A stretch of 63,897 nucleotides of DNA, filler included, from Octopus bimaculoides (Eukaryota): NCBI RefSeq assembly GCF_001194135.2. It is 7 parts of 6 records of this genome, joined end to end, with 100 filler letters (N's around TTAATTAATTAA, not from the genome) between each part and the next. Parts side by side here need not be neighbours in the genome. Positions count along the whole stretch, not along the records: positions 6,530 to 22,357 come from NC_069008.1; positions 22,458 to 29,603 come from NW_026319079.1; positions 29,704 to 51,128 come from NC_069005.1; 4 more parts are not named here. One strand, 5' to 3'. How positions within the stretch are numbered: the first letter of the stretch is position 1; every line of letters begins with the position of its first letter. Both the position numbers and the translations under genes were made by a program. Shown here piece by piece: positions 21,798 through 35,100 of the stretch. Under the pieces are notes generated by a model. It made no database searches, was not told where the DNA came from, and saw only the letters and a list, made by a program, of their open reading frames with translations.

Positions 21798-22357
21798 CAT
21801 GTTATAATTATAGGGCTCAATATAGTGTGAATATAGTATAATTATAGTGTGAAATATAGTGTGAATATAGTATAATTATAGTGTGAAATATAGTGTGGAT
21901 ATAGTATAATTATAGTGCTAAATATAGTGTGAATATAGTATAATTATAGTGTGAAATATAGTGTGAATATAGTATAATTATAGTGTGAATATAGTATAAT
22001 TATAGTGCTCAATATAGTGTGAATATAGTATAATTATAGTGTGAAATATAGTATAATTATAGTGTGAAATATAGTGTGGATATAGTATAATTATAGTGCT
22101 AAATATAGTGTGAATATAGTATAATTATAGTGCTAAATATAGTGTGAATATAGTATAATTATAGTGTGAAATATCGTGTGAATATAGTATAATTATAGTG
22201 CTAAATATAGTGTGAATATAGTATAATTATAGTGTGAAATATAGTGTGAATATAGTATAATTATAGTGCTAAATATAGTGTGAATATAGTATAATTATAG
22301 TGCTAAATATAGTGTGAATATAGTATAATTATAGTGCTAAATATAGTGTGAATATAG
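21798..22357. repeat. 34-bp AT-rich minisatellite (about 16 units, runs into gap)
   Basis: Unit ATTATAGTGTGAAATATAGTGTGAATATAGTATA with GCTA and GCTC variants. Confidence 0.95.
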
Positions 22358-22457
22358 NNNNNNNNNNNNNNNNNNNNNNNNNNNNNNNNNNNNNNNNNNN
22401 NTTAATTAATTAANNNNNNNNNNNNNNNNNNNNNNNNNNNNNNNNNNNNNNNNNNNN

Positions 22458-22837
22458 CAGTGCTATCGAGAAGCACTACCCGTTCGGGATAAGCTCTACA
22501 GGTATGGTTCGAGAAACACGGGGCCGGCCTGTCCGAGATGCGGGCAGAGCGACGAAACCGTTCTGCACGCACTCGTACAATGTCCCACCATTTCCGAGCT
22601 GTGGGCTTACGTCGAACAACTGCTATCGCGTGTGGGACGAGTCGGTCTATCAACCGAGTCTATCGTGAATATTGTCGCGCCTCCTTCCTTTAAACGGGAA
22701 GGAAGAGCCATTTTCATCGTACTTGTGGCTATGGCGAAAGAAAGTTTATGGTGGACGCGTCTGAAAGGTCTAGAGACAAAGACATTTCTCTCTGGGCAAT
22801 CTCTCATCAACTTCTTCAAGTATCACCTGAAGAGGAA
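22458..22837 (+). mobile_element. L1/Tx1-clade LINE ORF2 C-terminal segment, open frame
   Basis: QCYREALPVRDKLY...CPRCGQSDETVLHALVQC...WWTRLKGL (CCHC knuckle); 126 codons without a stop, bounded by gaps. Confidence 0.85.
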
Positions 22838-23875
22838 NNNNNNNNNNNNNNNNNNNNNNNNNNNNNNNNNNNNNNNNNNNNNNNNNNNNNNNNNNNNNNN
22901 NNNNNNNNNNNNNNNNNNNNNNNNNNNNNNNNNNNNNNNNNNNNNNNNNNNNNNNNNNNNNNNNNNNNNNNNNNNNNNNNNNNNNNNNNNNNNNNNNNNN
23001 NNNNNNNNNNNNNNNNNNNNNNNNNNNNNNNNNNNNNNNNNNNNNNNNNNNNNNNNNNNNNNNNNNNNNNNNNNNNNNNNNNNNNNNNNNNNNNNNNNNN
23101 NNNNNNNNNNNNNNNNNNNNNNNNNNNNNNNNNNNNNNNNNNNNNNNNNNNNNNNNNNNNNNNNNNNNNNNNNNNNNNNNNNNNNNNNNNNNNNNNNNNN
23201 NNNNNNNNNNNNNNNNNNNNNNNNNNNNNNNNNNNNNNNNNNNNNNNNNNNNNNNNNNNNNNNNNNNNNNNNNNNNNNNNNNNNNNNNNNNNNNNNNNNN
23301 NNNNNNNNNNNNNNNNNNNNNNNNNNNNNNNNNNNNNNNNNNNNNNNNNNNNNNNNNNNNNNNNNNNNNNNNNNNNNNNNNNNNNNNNNNNNNNNNNNNN
23401 NNNNNNNNNNNNNNNNNNNNNNNNNNNNNNNNNNNNNNNNNNNNNNNNNNNNNNNNNNNNNNNNNNNNNNNNNNNNNNNNNNNNNNNNNNNNNNNNNNNN
23501 NNNNNNNNNNNNNNNNNNNNNNNNNNNNNNNCAAGTTGGTGTTATGACTAGGGTGTCATATTTTGGATTTTCCATAGAGTATTATTCTAGATAATATCTG
23601 TTAAAAGATAATTGGTCTGATAAATAAGTATGCGGACTGTTGCCATAGTAACGAAGCTAATGCATGCAGAGTGAAGCTGCTTGGCACAGATTGACCTTGA
23701 ACTCTGCTGTGCATGTGCACTAAGTTTTAACGTTCTAGCTCACTTCCGTTGTTTACAGCAGTGCTTGGAAGAAAGGTGTGTAGCGTGTAATCGCCGCATT
23801 GACCATAACAGAGAAAGTTGCCATGACGATACCTGCTCAGTCGCTTACTCAAAGTTGCAGAAAGTGTCTGGAAAG

Positions 23876-24165
23876 TGTATTCGAGCGGTCCCAAGCAGTG
23901 CTGTTTTCTGCAAGTGCTCCAGCCTTATTGTAGCCCCTATTTGTTCCATGTGCTTCTCAAGATTTTTACTCACTGTTCCCTGGGCTCCGACAATTATTGG
24001 TACTACTACCACCTTTTTCATCGACCACAACTGCTTAACTTCCCCAGCTAACCTCTCATATCTATCGACTTTTCTTTCTTCCTTATCGCATACCTTGCTG
24101 TCAGCTCGGCATGCTATATCTATTATCCAGCATACTTTGCTTTCCTTCTCAATTAAGACTAAGAT
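23876..24165 (-). mobile_element. RLE LINE 3' fragment 3
   Basis: CWIIDIACRAD...KEERKVDRYERL...LWSMKKVVVVPIIVGAQG...KTALLGTARI (PD-(D/E)xK-type endonuclease). Confidence 0.85.
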
Positions 24166-24189
24166 TATTATTGTCATCATCATCATCAT

Positions 24190-24960
24190 CATTCAGTAGT
24201 ATTATTTTTATCATATGCTTTTCTTACACAACCGAGCGCAGCTCTGTGTGCCTTGGGTACCTGCTACGATTTGTTGTGGTGCTCTTATTGTTACTTTATT
24301 GAAAGTGTTTTACGTAGGATGTGTACGGTGCCTAGTAGAGTTATTTTCTAGATGTTATATATACTTGCAAATCCTGGTGTCTTTTGTTCTGTATTTTTCT
24401 AACTGTTTTTATCATACCTTATGCACCTACTGTAATTGGATTTGTTTCTGTTTTTAAGTTCCACATTTTTTGTATTTTCGAAGTTACTCCGTTTCTTTTA
24501 GAGAAACGTTATCATCTGTTGATATTGATACATCGATTACAAAGTTTTCTTTTTTCTTAGTGAACTCTGACAACTATACTCGGCTTATTAGCCTTGATTT
24601 CTCTATCTGTGTATATTGGCATAATTCAGAGCATGGTTGCTTTCTCATTTTCTGTGACCTTTTCTAGCGTGTCCCTGTACCATCTTTTCTTTACTGTTGT
24701 TCCATAGTGTTGGCATATCTTCCAGTGTATATAGTATAGGGCCCAAATCTGTGAATATGTTCCTTCTTAGCCAGGACTGGGCAGCCAGAGTCAATATGAT
24801 TTATTGTTTCTATTTTAATTCATTAATTTAGAGTCCAGTTTAGAATATTGTAGCTTCACTACAAATTTATATTTATTATCTTGTTTTTCGCATTGAGCTC
24901 TGTTTTCAGTATTAATCTAATAAATAAATCTAATAAATAAACCTAATAAATAAATTATCA
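24190..24960 (-). mobile_element. R4/Dong-like LINE 3' fragment 2
   Basis: ETINHIDSGCPVLAKKE...IHWKICQHYG...DREIKANKP...VIDVSISTD...LLGTVHILRKTLSIK*. Confidence 0.85.
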
Positions 24961-24966
24961 TCATCA

Positions 24967-24969
<3 letters not shown>

Positions 24970-25003
<34 letters not shown>

Positions 25004-25600
25004 AAGTTAGAAGTTCAAGTTGGTGTTATTACTAGGGTGCCATATTTTGGGTTTTGCACAGAGAATTGTTCTAGAGAGTGTCTGTCAAAACATAAGTAAA
25101 TTAGAAGTTTCTTTTAAAAGTAATTTGATGGTAAGATGTTAGTGTTATCTTAAGATGACCGTAAAAGGCGTTTGGTATCATGCGCGTTTTAAAAGTACTT
25201 TTGATAATGTTCTCAAATTAAAATGCTTTTGAAATCACATAGACAATATTTTTCTTAGGATATGAGCACTATTTTTTTAATTTCTTCCACTTTTGGATTT
25301 CCTGGTATCTGAGAGAGGAAACAACTAGCATCTTTTGCTATCATCCCTAGGGCTCCTATAACAACAGGTATTATTTTAGTGTTGAGGTTCCACATTTTAC
25401 CAATTTCTGTTTCAAGATCTTTATACATGCTCAGTTTTTTGGTAGGTCTTGGCAGATACATTTATGTCGATGGGACAGTCATACAGATGAAGAGGCATGA
25501 TTTTTGTTAGAAATGCCTCAGTATAATTTTTGACCTATTTGCTTCTATGTTTCTTTCTACCTTTCTTACTTTCTTGTCGCCGTCATCATCATCATCATTA
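24970..25600 (-). mobile_element. R4/Dong-like (RLE) LINE 3' fragment 1 with (AAT)n tail
   Basis: NIEANRSKI...CMTVPSDINVSAK..KLSMYKDLETEIGKMWNL...PVVIGALG...HILRKILSM*. Confidence 0.8.
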
Positions 25601-26599
25601 TTATGAACTCTATGTTTTCGAACAAAAGACGTCATTTTGGAGCTCGTAAATAGTTATTGAATGTTGTTTTCAAGAGAGTATTTTGGGGTGATTTTGTACA
25701 GTTTTGTTATTAAGCTAACCAGCGTTCTCAGCGGTTATTTTGCTTTGTGAAATTTTCACCACTTTGAGAGAAATGTGTGATATTTTCTTAACGAAGTTAC
25801 ATAATAAAAAAAGCAATATAACTTTGCAAATCACAGTAATATTTAGCTGTTATAACAGGTAATATAATGCTAATTTCCCACTTCTGCCTCTTAACAGAAA
25901 ATGTATGAACAACAATAGCAAGCCAATAACTGCATAAACAACAAAGAAAACAATATAAATGGAAAGATATGCGAAACCAACAGTACTATTACAGCCAATG
26001 TTTCCGAAGAAAATGACAAAAACATAGAGCATGAAAAATGGAAAGAAAAAAAAATTGTTGATTCAACATACCTGAAAATACCATCTCCGCTACTACGTCC
26101 ACTACAAACAGCAAAGTAAAGAAAATTCAAAACACTATAATTAAGAAGGCCAAATTTACCGAGTTAACAAATTCCGAGTGCTAGTAGAAGTAATTAGCGT
26201 CGCAGAAATTTTTAAAATTGTAAAAAAGAAAAAAAAATTTTTTTAAAAACCCTCGCGAATTTCTGGGTGAAAAGTAGAGTTAAACATTCCTGGATCCCTC
26301 CGACAAGAAGCCAGTCTGAAAATTATACCTTATAAAACGATAATAATAAAATGTCGAAAACAGAGAAGCGACACAACGGAAATTAGAAGAGCGCTTCAAA
26401 CCAAAAAAAGAAAAAAATTAAGGAAAAGAAAAGAAAGAAAATTGCCATGGAGAAAAAAAAATTAAAGGATAGTGCAGGTAAGATCTTCGACAAGGGATTG
26501 AGGCCAGAAATCACTCCACAACATCACTAAAGAGTGACGAAATGGTCATCATACTTTATCTACCTTTCCTGTACGGTTGTAAGCGTGAAGACTGTGGAG

Positions 26600-27260
26600 G
26601 TGATTTTAGAAGTAAGCGTCTGATAGTTGGTGGGAACGGTTCTTTTCGATATAGTTACATTTATCAGGTCTAAAGCCTGCAGAAACGAAATTTGCCATAC
26701 CGCTGCATGGAGTTATTGATTTAAACGGATCAAATATGGAATACATCCTGGATCTCATCAACCTGCCGTGCGGCCGTTGGAACCAAAAGAGCAAAGGTGT
26801 TATTTATGGGGTGACACAAATCATTTCAAGGCAAAAGAGAAGAAAAACGAAACTCCGCTTTAGCCAACACCACAACCGCAACAATATCAGCTGGAATAGC
26901 GCTAAGCGTAGTAGTCCCAACAGCCGAAGCGTCAACGGCAGCGTGAAGACATAATGGTAATGTCTGCAACTGCAACACTAAAACCAGTCGATGCTATCAG
27001 CAGAGTCAATTGTCAGGATCGTCCTGCTGCCGTTTTTCTTTGTTGGCCTTAATGAAAGCAGGTGTGGTGGTGGACAGACTGAAATGTCTGAAGAAAGACA
27101 ACTTCCAGTTTGACCAAGACTTCGTGCACTTTTTCAAGCTTCAACTGAATAGAAAATGAGTGAGGAGAGGGTAATGCTGACTTGTAGAAAATTAGTTGAA
27201 AGATGAATGGCAAAAATGTTCCAAGTGAACAGATCTGCTCTGAGCATGCGCCTCATGGAG
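26600..27260 (+). mobile_element. Decayed L1/Tx1 ORF2 3' fragment
   Basis: LALMKAGV(WW)..RLKCLKKDNF...HFFKLQLNRK is homologous to 22720-22837; 5' boundary uncertain. Confidence 0.6.
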
Positions 27261-27659
27261 AGAGATAAGAAGAAAAGAATAAGGAGAGAATTCTTACTTT
27301 GTGGCTAAGACGATCATAGATTTGTGGGTTTTCACCATTAGCCCTCAGAAGTCTCTCCACTTTGGGGGATATATTTTTTCAATGTTTTTGTTTCTTTGTT
27401 GCTGTTATAAATCCCTAACATAGATATATGTATGTTTATGTGAGTGTATATGCATATGTGTGTATGTTTATGTGTGTGTATATGCATATGTGTGTATGTT
27501 TATATGTGTGTGTATATGCATATGTGTGTATGTTTATATGTGTGTGTATATGCATATGTATATATGTATATATATACACACCATTATACACACACATACA
27601 CACACGCACACATGTATATGTATGTATGAATGTATGTATGTATGCATATATATATATAC

Positions 27660-27774
<115 letters not shown>

Positions 27775-28462
27775 TGTATGTATGTATGTTTATATGTGTG
27801 TGTGTATGTGTCATTAAAATAAATATATGCACTTAATTCCACATATGTTGTTTAGTTTTAATGAATTACACATGTTAAATCCCCGTTCTTTTTCCATCTA
27901 TCTAAATGAATCTATGCTAGCGAAGTATGGCAAAACGTTCACTCTTGACAAGAGATTCGCAAAAGGTTATCACCAACAAAGGCAGGATGTCAAAGATCAG
28001 TTAAAGAGATTAGCTCTTAATTCGTGTGCCTGGAAAAAGAATAAAAAAACAAACACACAAAAACAATACGCTTGTGAGGATGAATAGGTCATTTTTACCA
28101 AATCTATCATGACTGAACCACATAGAATAACTACCATGACAATATAAATCAGAAATAAGCGGAAAGAAGAACGAAACACACGTTATTCACTCGTGTTCTT
28201 CATCACCACAATGAAGAACCAGAGATACGTAAATAAATTAATAAATGAATGAATTGGGATCGAATTTCACTTAATTGATCAAGTTTTTTTTTCTTTTATC
28301 TCTATAGAATATTATCTGTTGTATTTAATTTTGTAATCATTGTTTTTCTTTTTAATACCCCCTTTTTTTTTGGCTTTCATAAATGACTTTAATAAAATGA
28401 TTACAGAAGATACGAGAAAAAGTCTGGTGTGTGTGCATGCATGAACACACACGCGAGTGCAG

Positions 28463-28493
<31 letters not shown>

Positions 28494-29138
28494 CACACAC
28501 ACACNNNNNNNNNNNNNNNNNNNNNNNNNNNNNNNNNNNNNNNNNNNNNNNNNNNNNNNNNNNNNNNNNNNNNNNNNNNNNNNNNNNNNNNNNNNNNNNN
28601 NNNNNNNNNNNNNNNNNNNNNNNNNNNNNNNNNNNNNNNNNNNNNNNNNNNNNNNNNNNNNNNNNNNNNNNNNNNNNNNNNNNNNNNNNNNNNNNNNNNN
28701 NNNNNNNNNNNNNNNNNNNNNNNNNNNNNNNNNNNNNNNNNNNNNNNNNNNNNNNNNNNNNNNNNNNNNNNNNNNNNNNNNNNNNNNNNNNNNNNNNNNN
28801 NNNNNNNNNNNNNNNNNNNNNNNNNNNNNNNNNNNNNNNNNNNNNNNNNNNNNNNNNNNNNNNNNNNNNNNNNNNNNNNNNNNNNNNNNNNNNNNNNNNN
28901 NNNNNNNNNNNNNNNNNNNNNNNNNNNNNNNNNNNNNNNNNNNNNNNNNNNNNNNNNNNNNNNNNNNNNNNNNNNNNNNNNNNNNNNNNNNNNNNNNNNN
29001 NNNNNNNNNNNNNNNNNNNNNNNNNNNNNNNNNNNNNNNNNNNNNNNNNNNNNNNNNNNNNNNNNNNNNNNNNNNNNNNNNNNNNNNNNNNNNNNNNNNN
29101 NNNNNNNNNNNNNNNNNNNNNNNNNNNNNNNNNNNNNA

Positions 29139-29198
29139 CATTGTGAGTGGATTTGGTAGTCGGGAACTGAAAGAAGCCCATCGTGTGCATATATTATA

Positions 29199-29239
<41 letters not shown>

Positions 29240-29489
29240 ATGTGTGTATTGTGTGCTTATGCGTGTGTATATCTCTCTTTGTGTTTGTGTTTGTCCCACA
29301 CCATCACCGCTTGACAACCGGTGTTGGTATGCTTACGTACCTGTAACTTAGCGTTCGGCAAAAAATCCAATAAAATAATTACCAACTTACAAAGAATAAG
29401 TCGTGTGATCGATATCACGACTAAAAAAAACCTTTAACGCAGTGCTGCAGCATGGCTGCAATCAGCTGACAGAGACAAGTAAAAGAATG
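29139..29489 (+). mobile_element. SINE family B, diverged
   Basis: GTGAGTGGATTTGGTAG through the GACAAGTAAAAG tail. Confidence 0.8.
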
Positions 29490-29562
29490 TAAATATGCAT
29501 GCACATATTCATATATGTAAATGCATATATGTATGAATGCAGGTTGGTAGGTACACACACAG

Positions 29563-29603
<41 letters not shown>

Positions 29604-29703
29604 NNNNNNNNNNNNNNNNNNNNNNNNNNNNNNNNNNNNNNNNNNNNTTAATTAATTAANNNNNNNNNNNNNNNNNNNNNNNNNNNNNNNNNNNNNNNNN
29701 NNN

Positions 29704-29769
<66 letters not shown>

Positions 29770-31003
29770 AGTGTGTGTTCGTGTTGTTGGAGTTAACTAA
29801 GCACCACCACACGCTACTGCTGCCTCTACAGTGCTAGAGATGTTTTTGTTTTGCTCATTCATTTCGCTTTCTAAAAGCTTCTTGGTCAAAGCATGAACTC
29901 CACCAATTCTACTCGCCAAATAACTCGGAGAGACACTTCTACATTTCATTATAATCGTTGTTCTTGCTGTTGTTTAACCCCAGGTCAATTCTGGTTAGTT
30001 ATTCATCTAATTCTTTTTTACTCTTAAGTGTCCCTCATTTTTTTTAAAGCTAAACCATATGATTTGAAGAGGTTTAACTGTTATTTTTAAATGTCCAGTT
30101 GACCCTGCACGATTCCTAAGACCCTCTACAGTTGGCTACTGTGGTTAGTTTACTGGGGACAGTTACCTCCCTTAGACCATGCGGCCAAATATCTCAGTCT
30201 GCCAGACCAGTGGTCACTTGTCAAACTTCGTTCACGATTACATTGACCAAACATGAATGTAGACGTTTGGCCCCAGGTCGTTTGTCATGGAGCAGAGCTA
30301 TGATCAAAAATCTTCCAGCCATGACGACCCCACCTGTCGCATATTATTATTATTAATAATAATAATAATATGCGCTGTGGTTAGAACGTTGGCCTGAAAC
30401 TACCTGGTCGCAGGTTCAATCCCACTACGTACTCTACCTTAGACTTGGGTTAACCAATTCCTTGTCAGTGGAATTTGGTGAACAGAAACTGTGGAAGCCT
30501 AAGGTGGACCGTTTCGTGATAGCGTTGGTGTATTCCGATTTGTCTCCTGGTCTTTGGTTACTTTCAAGGGATCATTAGGGTTTAGGATGAGCAAGGGTAT
30601 TAAACGGAGAACCGGGGGATGAAACTATTAGGGATTAAAATCGGAAAACTGGACGAGAGATTTGAATGACCCAAACCAACAGGACGGTGTATAACACAGA
30701 CGCGCACAAAGACATTCCATCCGTAGCCATCCACATTTCGGATGCATATTTTTAGAATTCCATTATAATGTTTCCTCGTAACTCAGTAGAGTGTGATTAA
30801 ATGGAGACTAGGCTGTTATTTGTAGCAAGTCCAGCAAGTACAGAGCAATGTATGCGTTGGCTTGAGTTTGTTCCCTTCGTCCATTTTTTGTGGCAAGGCA
30901 GACGACGCTGTGGCTGATTTCCGGCGTTGGGTCATAATTTGGTAGAAACCTTTCGAGGAATTCTGTCTTCATTTGAGTGCTTTTACTCTCGATCGTTAGA
31001 ACC

Positions 31004-31038
<35 letters not shown>

Positions 31039-31504
31039 CACTTCCCCGATCTTAGTATGTATACACGTATATACGTGTGTATATGTCAATATGCATATGC
31101 GTATATCTATATATGTATGTGTACGTATATGTCTCTCTCTCTCTCTCTCTCTTTATGTATGTATATACATATACGTATATATAGATATACACAGACACAT
31201 GTACATACACACATACGTATATATACCATGCATATATATATATGTGGGGGGGGGGAATTCTGTATAGTAATATAGTAATTAAACCTATTGTTAGTCAAAT
31301 TCAAGTTTCTTTACTACTACTACTACCACCACCACCACCCTCCTCCTCTCCCACCTTCCGCCCTATGTTTGGTCAGCTTCACTTGTTATTCCCAACCAAT
31401 TAGCAATCTGTGGGAAATTGACATTGTCATCATCATCATCATCAACATTAATAACCATTTACGGAGGGGATTTCTGTGTAATTTAAATTTAAAAAATTCT
31501 GGTC

Positions 31505-31537
<33 letters not shown>

Positions 31538-31766
31538 GTATAGTTTTGGTTCAGCATTGGTAAAATATATTCCAACCATGACTCTCCCATCTGTACCGAA
31601 ACTACTTGTGTAACTAACAGCTACCTTCACTGACATTATTGTGGCCGCTCCAAACACTACCCCACCCCCACCCCTGTAATCTATTCCTGTCAATGAAACC
31701 GCACTATCTCCAATCAGTTTATCAAACAGTAGTCATAGTGGATTTGAAAAAAAATCAATATTGTAT

Positions 31767-31855
31767 TACCTGTCCAGCATCACCTGAGTCATACCTGTCC
31801 AACATTCACCTGACTCATCATACCTGTCCAACTCTCACCTGACTCATACCTGTCC
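31767..31855. repeat. ~26-bp tandem repeat (about 3.3 units)
   Basis: TACCTGTCCA...CACCTGA(G/C)TCA units. Confidence 0.9.
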
Positions 31856-32111
31856 TCTATTATCATAAACCCCTATGTATCATTTTACGTCGCCTTATTG
31901 CCTGGCGTTCGTTCTGAAAGCATCGCTGTTAGATGCGATGAGATAAGCAAATCAAGCTTTGTCTCATCCAGATTTCACAGAAACGATTGCTGTCAAAGAT
32001 GGCGACACTAAGATGGCGGCGGATTGCAATGACTTGTAAATAAACTTTATTTAAAACTGGTGGCATTAACTGAGATTAGATTGATATTGATAGCTGATAG
32101 CCATGGATTGG

Positions 32112-32151
<40 letters not shown>

Positions 32152-35100
32152 AAAACTGGTCAGTCATTCTTGAACAACACACCATTGGTGTATGCATACA
32201 CACATATACACATATAATGTGTGTGTGTATGTGTGTAGATAGATATAGATGTACATACACACCGGCCACCAGCACTACACAAAGCTCTAAACCAGTGGCT
32301 CCCAACCATTTCAAAGCTAAACGCCTCCACCCCTCCTCCTCTCCTCTCATGTTTTGGACAGAAAAAAAGGCAGATTATTTTACTGAAACAGAAACTAATT
32401 TATTATCGCTATTTTCTTACGTAAGTCCATCCTTTCAGATAATTACAATGATTATTGCAAGAACATCACCACCACCACCATCACCCACCACCACCACCAC
32501 CACCGTGTTAAATTTTTATGGAATTTACTAATGAAGGAAAAGGCTGAATTGTTGATCCGTCAGTCATGTTTTCTACACATTCATAACACAATGTGTCCTT
32601 ACAGACAGACCCTTACGTGGACCAATGCCCCTCTATGTTAAATTACTAAAGAACAACCGGGGCCCAACACCCTTGGAGATCCACGTAAGATTCTGGTGTT
32701 CAAATTTTCTGCAAATAAAGTTGGTTATACTCTAACAATAATGATACACATAATATTTCATGATTTTTTATACAATTCCAAATAATATCTAATTATAAAA
32801 ACATAAAAGGGCAATTTGGAAACATGGAATGTCTGAGAGGATCCAGGAGAATAAAACAAGAATCAAAGAGGTCCATTGGTTAAAAAAAGGGGGGGGGGAT
32901 TCAGAAACACTGCTAAAGGAGGCAAAAGAACTTGTATGATCAAATCATATTGGACCCTTGGTACATCCATTAGTCTTGCTACATTATCCTTGATAACACC
33001 ATGTCCTGGATTTATTTTAAAAATGGGTTAAAATATTTCATTTTCATGAGAATTCAAGAACCCTTTTAAATAGCCAACGCTTCCTTGGTAGCTCACAATG
33101 TTCGCAGCGTTCTATATAGTTGCTCGACCTATTAGAAATAGCAGCTGAGTCGTCCTCAAATTACAATCTTGCAATCTTAAAAAGGAAAAAAGAGCGATTA
33201 TGGCGGGGTCAAAACATTACCCATGAAAATAAGAGGGGATGGTCCACTTTGGATCAGAATCAACCTAAGACAACAACAAGTACAATACATTATTCTGGTA
33301 AATCCCTCCTCCTCCTCCTCCGATAAGATAAATCTTTATAAAGTATGTCATTCGTTCCCTTTACGCTCAGCTCTTCAGTCTTTGGCACCAAATCTGTATA
33401 ATAAAGGGCAGGGGGTATGGGTTAAATTTGCTGTTTAAACTGTGACCTAAGGTAACTTGTTGTTAGAGTAGGCGTAAACAGCATGGTGGAAGGTTCGCAT
33501 GAAGGTGACTCTTTGCAAAACGCAGAACAGAAAACACAGCAATGACGTTGTTCTGCAAGTTTCATCTGGACTGCTTCTTCTAATTATATTCATTTACCAA
33601 TTCCATCTTTTTATCTGACTGTTGCTAGGGAGGGAAGAGAGGAAGTGAGGCACCATCACCACCACCGCCGCCCCTTCGTTGCAGTTGTCCTAACAATAAC
33701 ATTGACCCGTCGTCAACCTGGCAAGAAACGTAACACTACTTTCGGAATGTTTCAATCGGAATTGTCAAACTATTCCATCGATATCTTTGGAATGGTCTTT
33801 TACACACACACACACACACACAAACAGACATAGACAAACACATACATGTATAGACACACAATTATTTACATACACAGACATACATGTACATATGCATATA
33901 CATATACATATATATATATATATATATATACGCACACACACAAATGAAATGTGAGAGTGTATATGTATGCGTGTGTATATATATATATATGCATATGTAT
34001 GTGAACATGTACAGATATGAATACGTAGGTAGGTCTCTGTTAGGTATGTCTTACCTTCCTATCTATCTACCTGTCTATCTCTGTCTCTTATTTGTACCCC
34101 ACCCTAGTGTTACTGCCACTGTCCCCTCACTCCTAACCACCACCACCACCACCCCTGCTTCCCATAAGCCATCTCACTGCCAACATCGATAATTTAAATT
34201 CAATACTTCCCTAACAGCCGAGTTCAAGCCAGTCGCCAGCCAGTCTGGGATATTACCATACTCTGCCGTTGCTCTCTGACGTTGCACGCGAGTTCCGGAC
34301 ATCCCCCCAACACCACCACCACCACTAAAAACACCAGCGATTTCCTCATTACCCTACACCACCCCCAACACCACGTCAAACCTTACCTCACTGTTTTATT
34401 TTTATCAACAAAACTACTTTGTTTAGCCATCATCACTGCAACTACCACCCCCACTATCGCCAACACTTCTATCTTCATCAACATCTCCCACACCAAAAAA
34501 CATCATCAACGTTGCCACCACCACCACCACCGCCACCACCACCACCACCGCCACCTATACTAACAACAAACCCACCATTATCATCATCAACTCACATAAC
34601 AACAATAACATTGTCATCAGTTTCTCCCACCACTTCTGTAATTCTACCTCCGTCTTCTCCTCTTTACACCTTTTCTCCAACATTGCCAATCTCAGCCTCT
34701 CACAAACAACATTCACATTCGTACACATACAGAGACGTATACCTACATACATACATACATACATACATACATACATACATACATACATACATACACACAT
34801 ACATACTTACATACACACACACACACACACATTTGTTTTGAAAAGGAAGCGGTCGACAGCGACTTCGAAGTTTCGGTTTTGTAGTTTTCGTCAGATCGAT
34901 GACTATGTGATCGTTTGACTGTTTTAACACAAAACATTAATACACACACAAGCACACATGCATATGTGTCTATTACATATACACATATATTACATACATA
35001 TATATATATATACATACATACACACACACATATATACATATATATATGTATATATATATATACACACACATTCTTCATCTTATCTTTCACTCGTCTTTCT

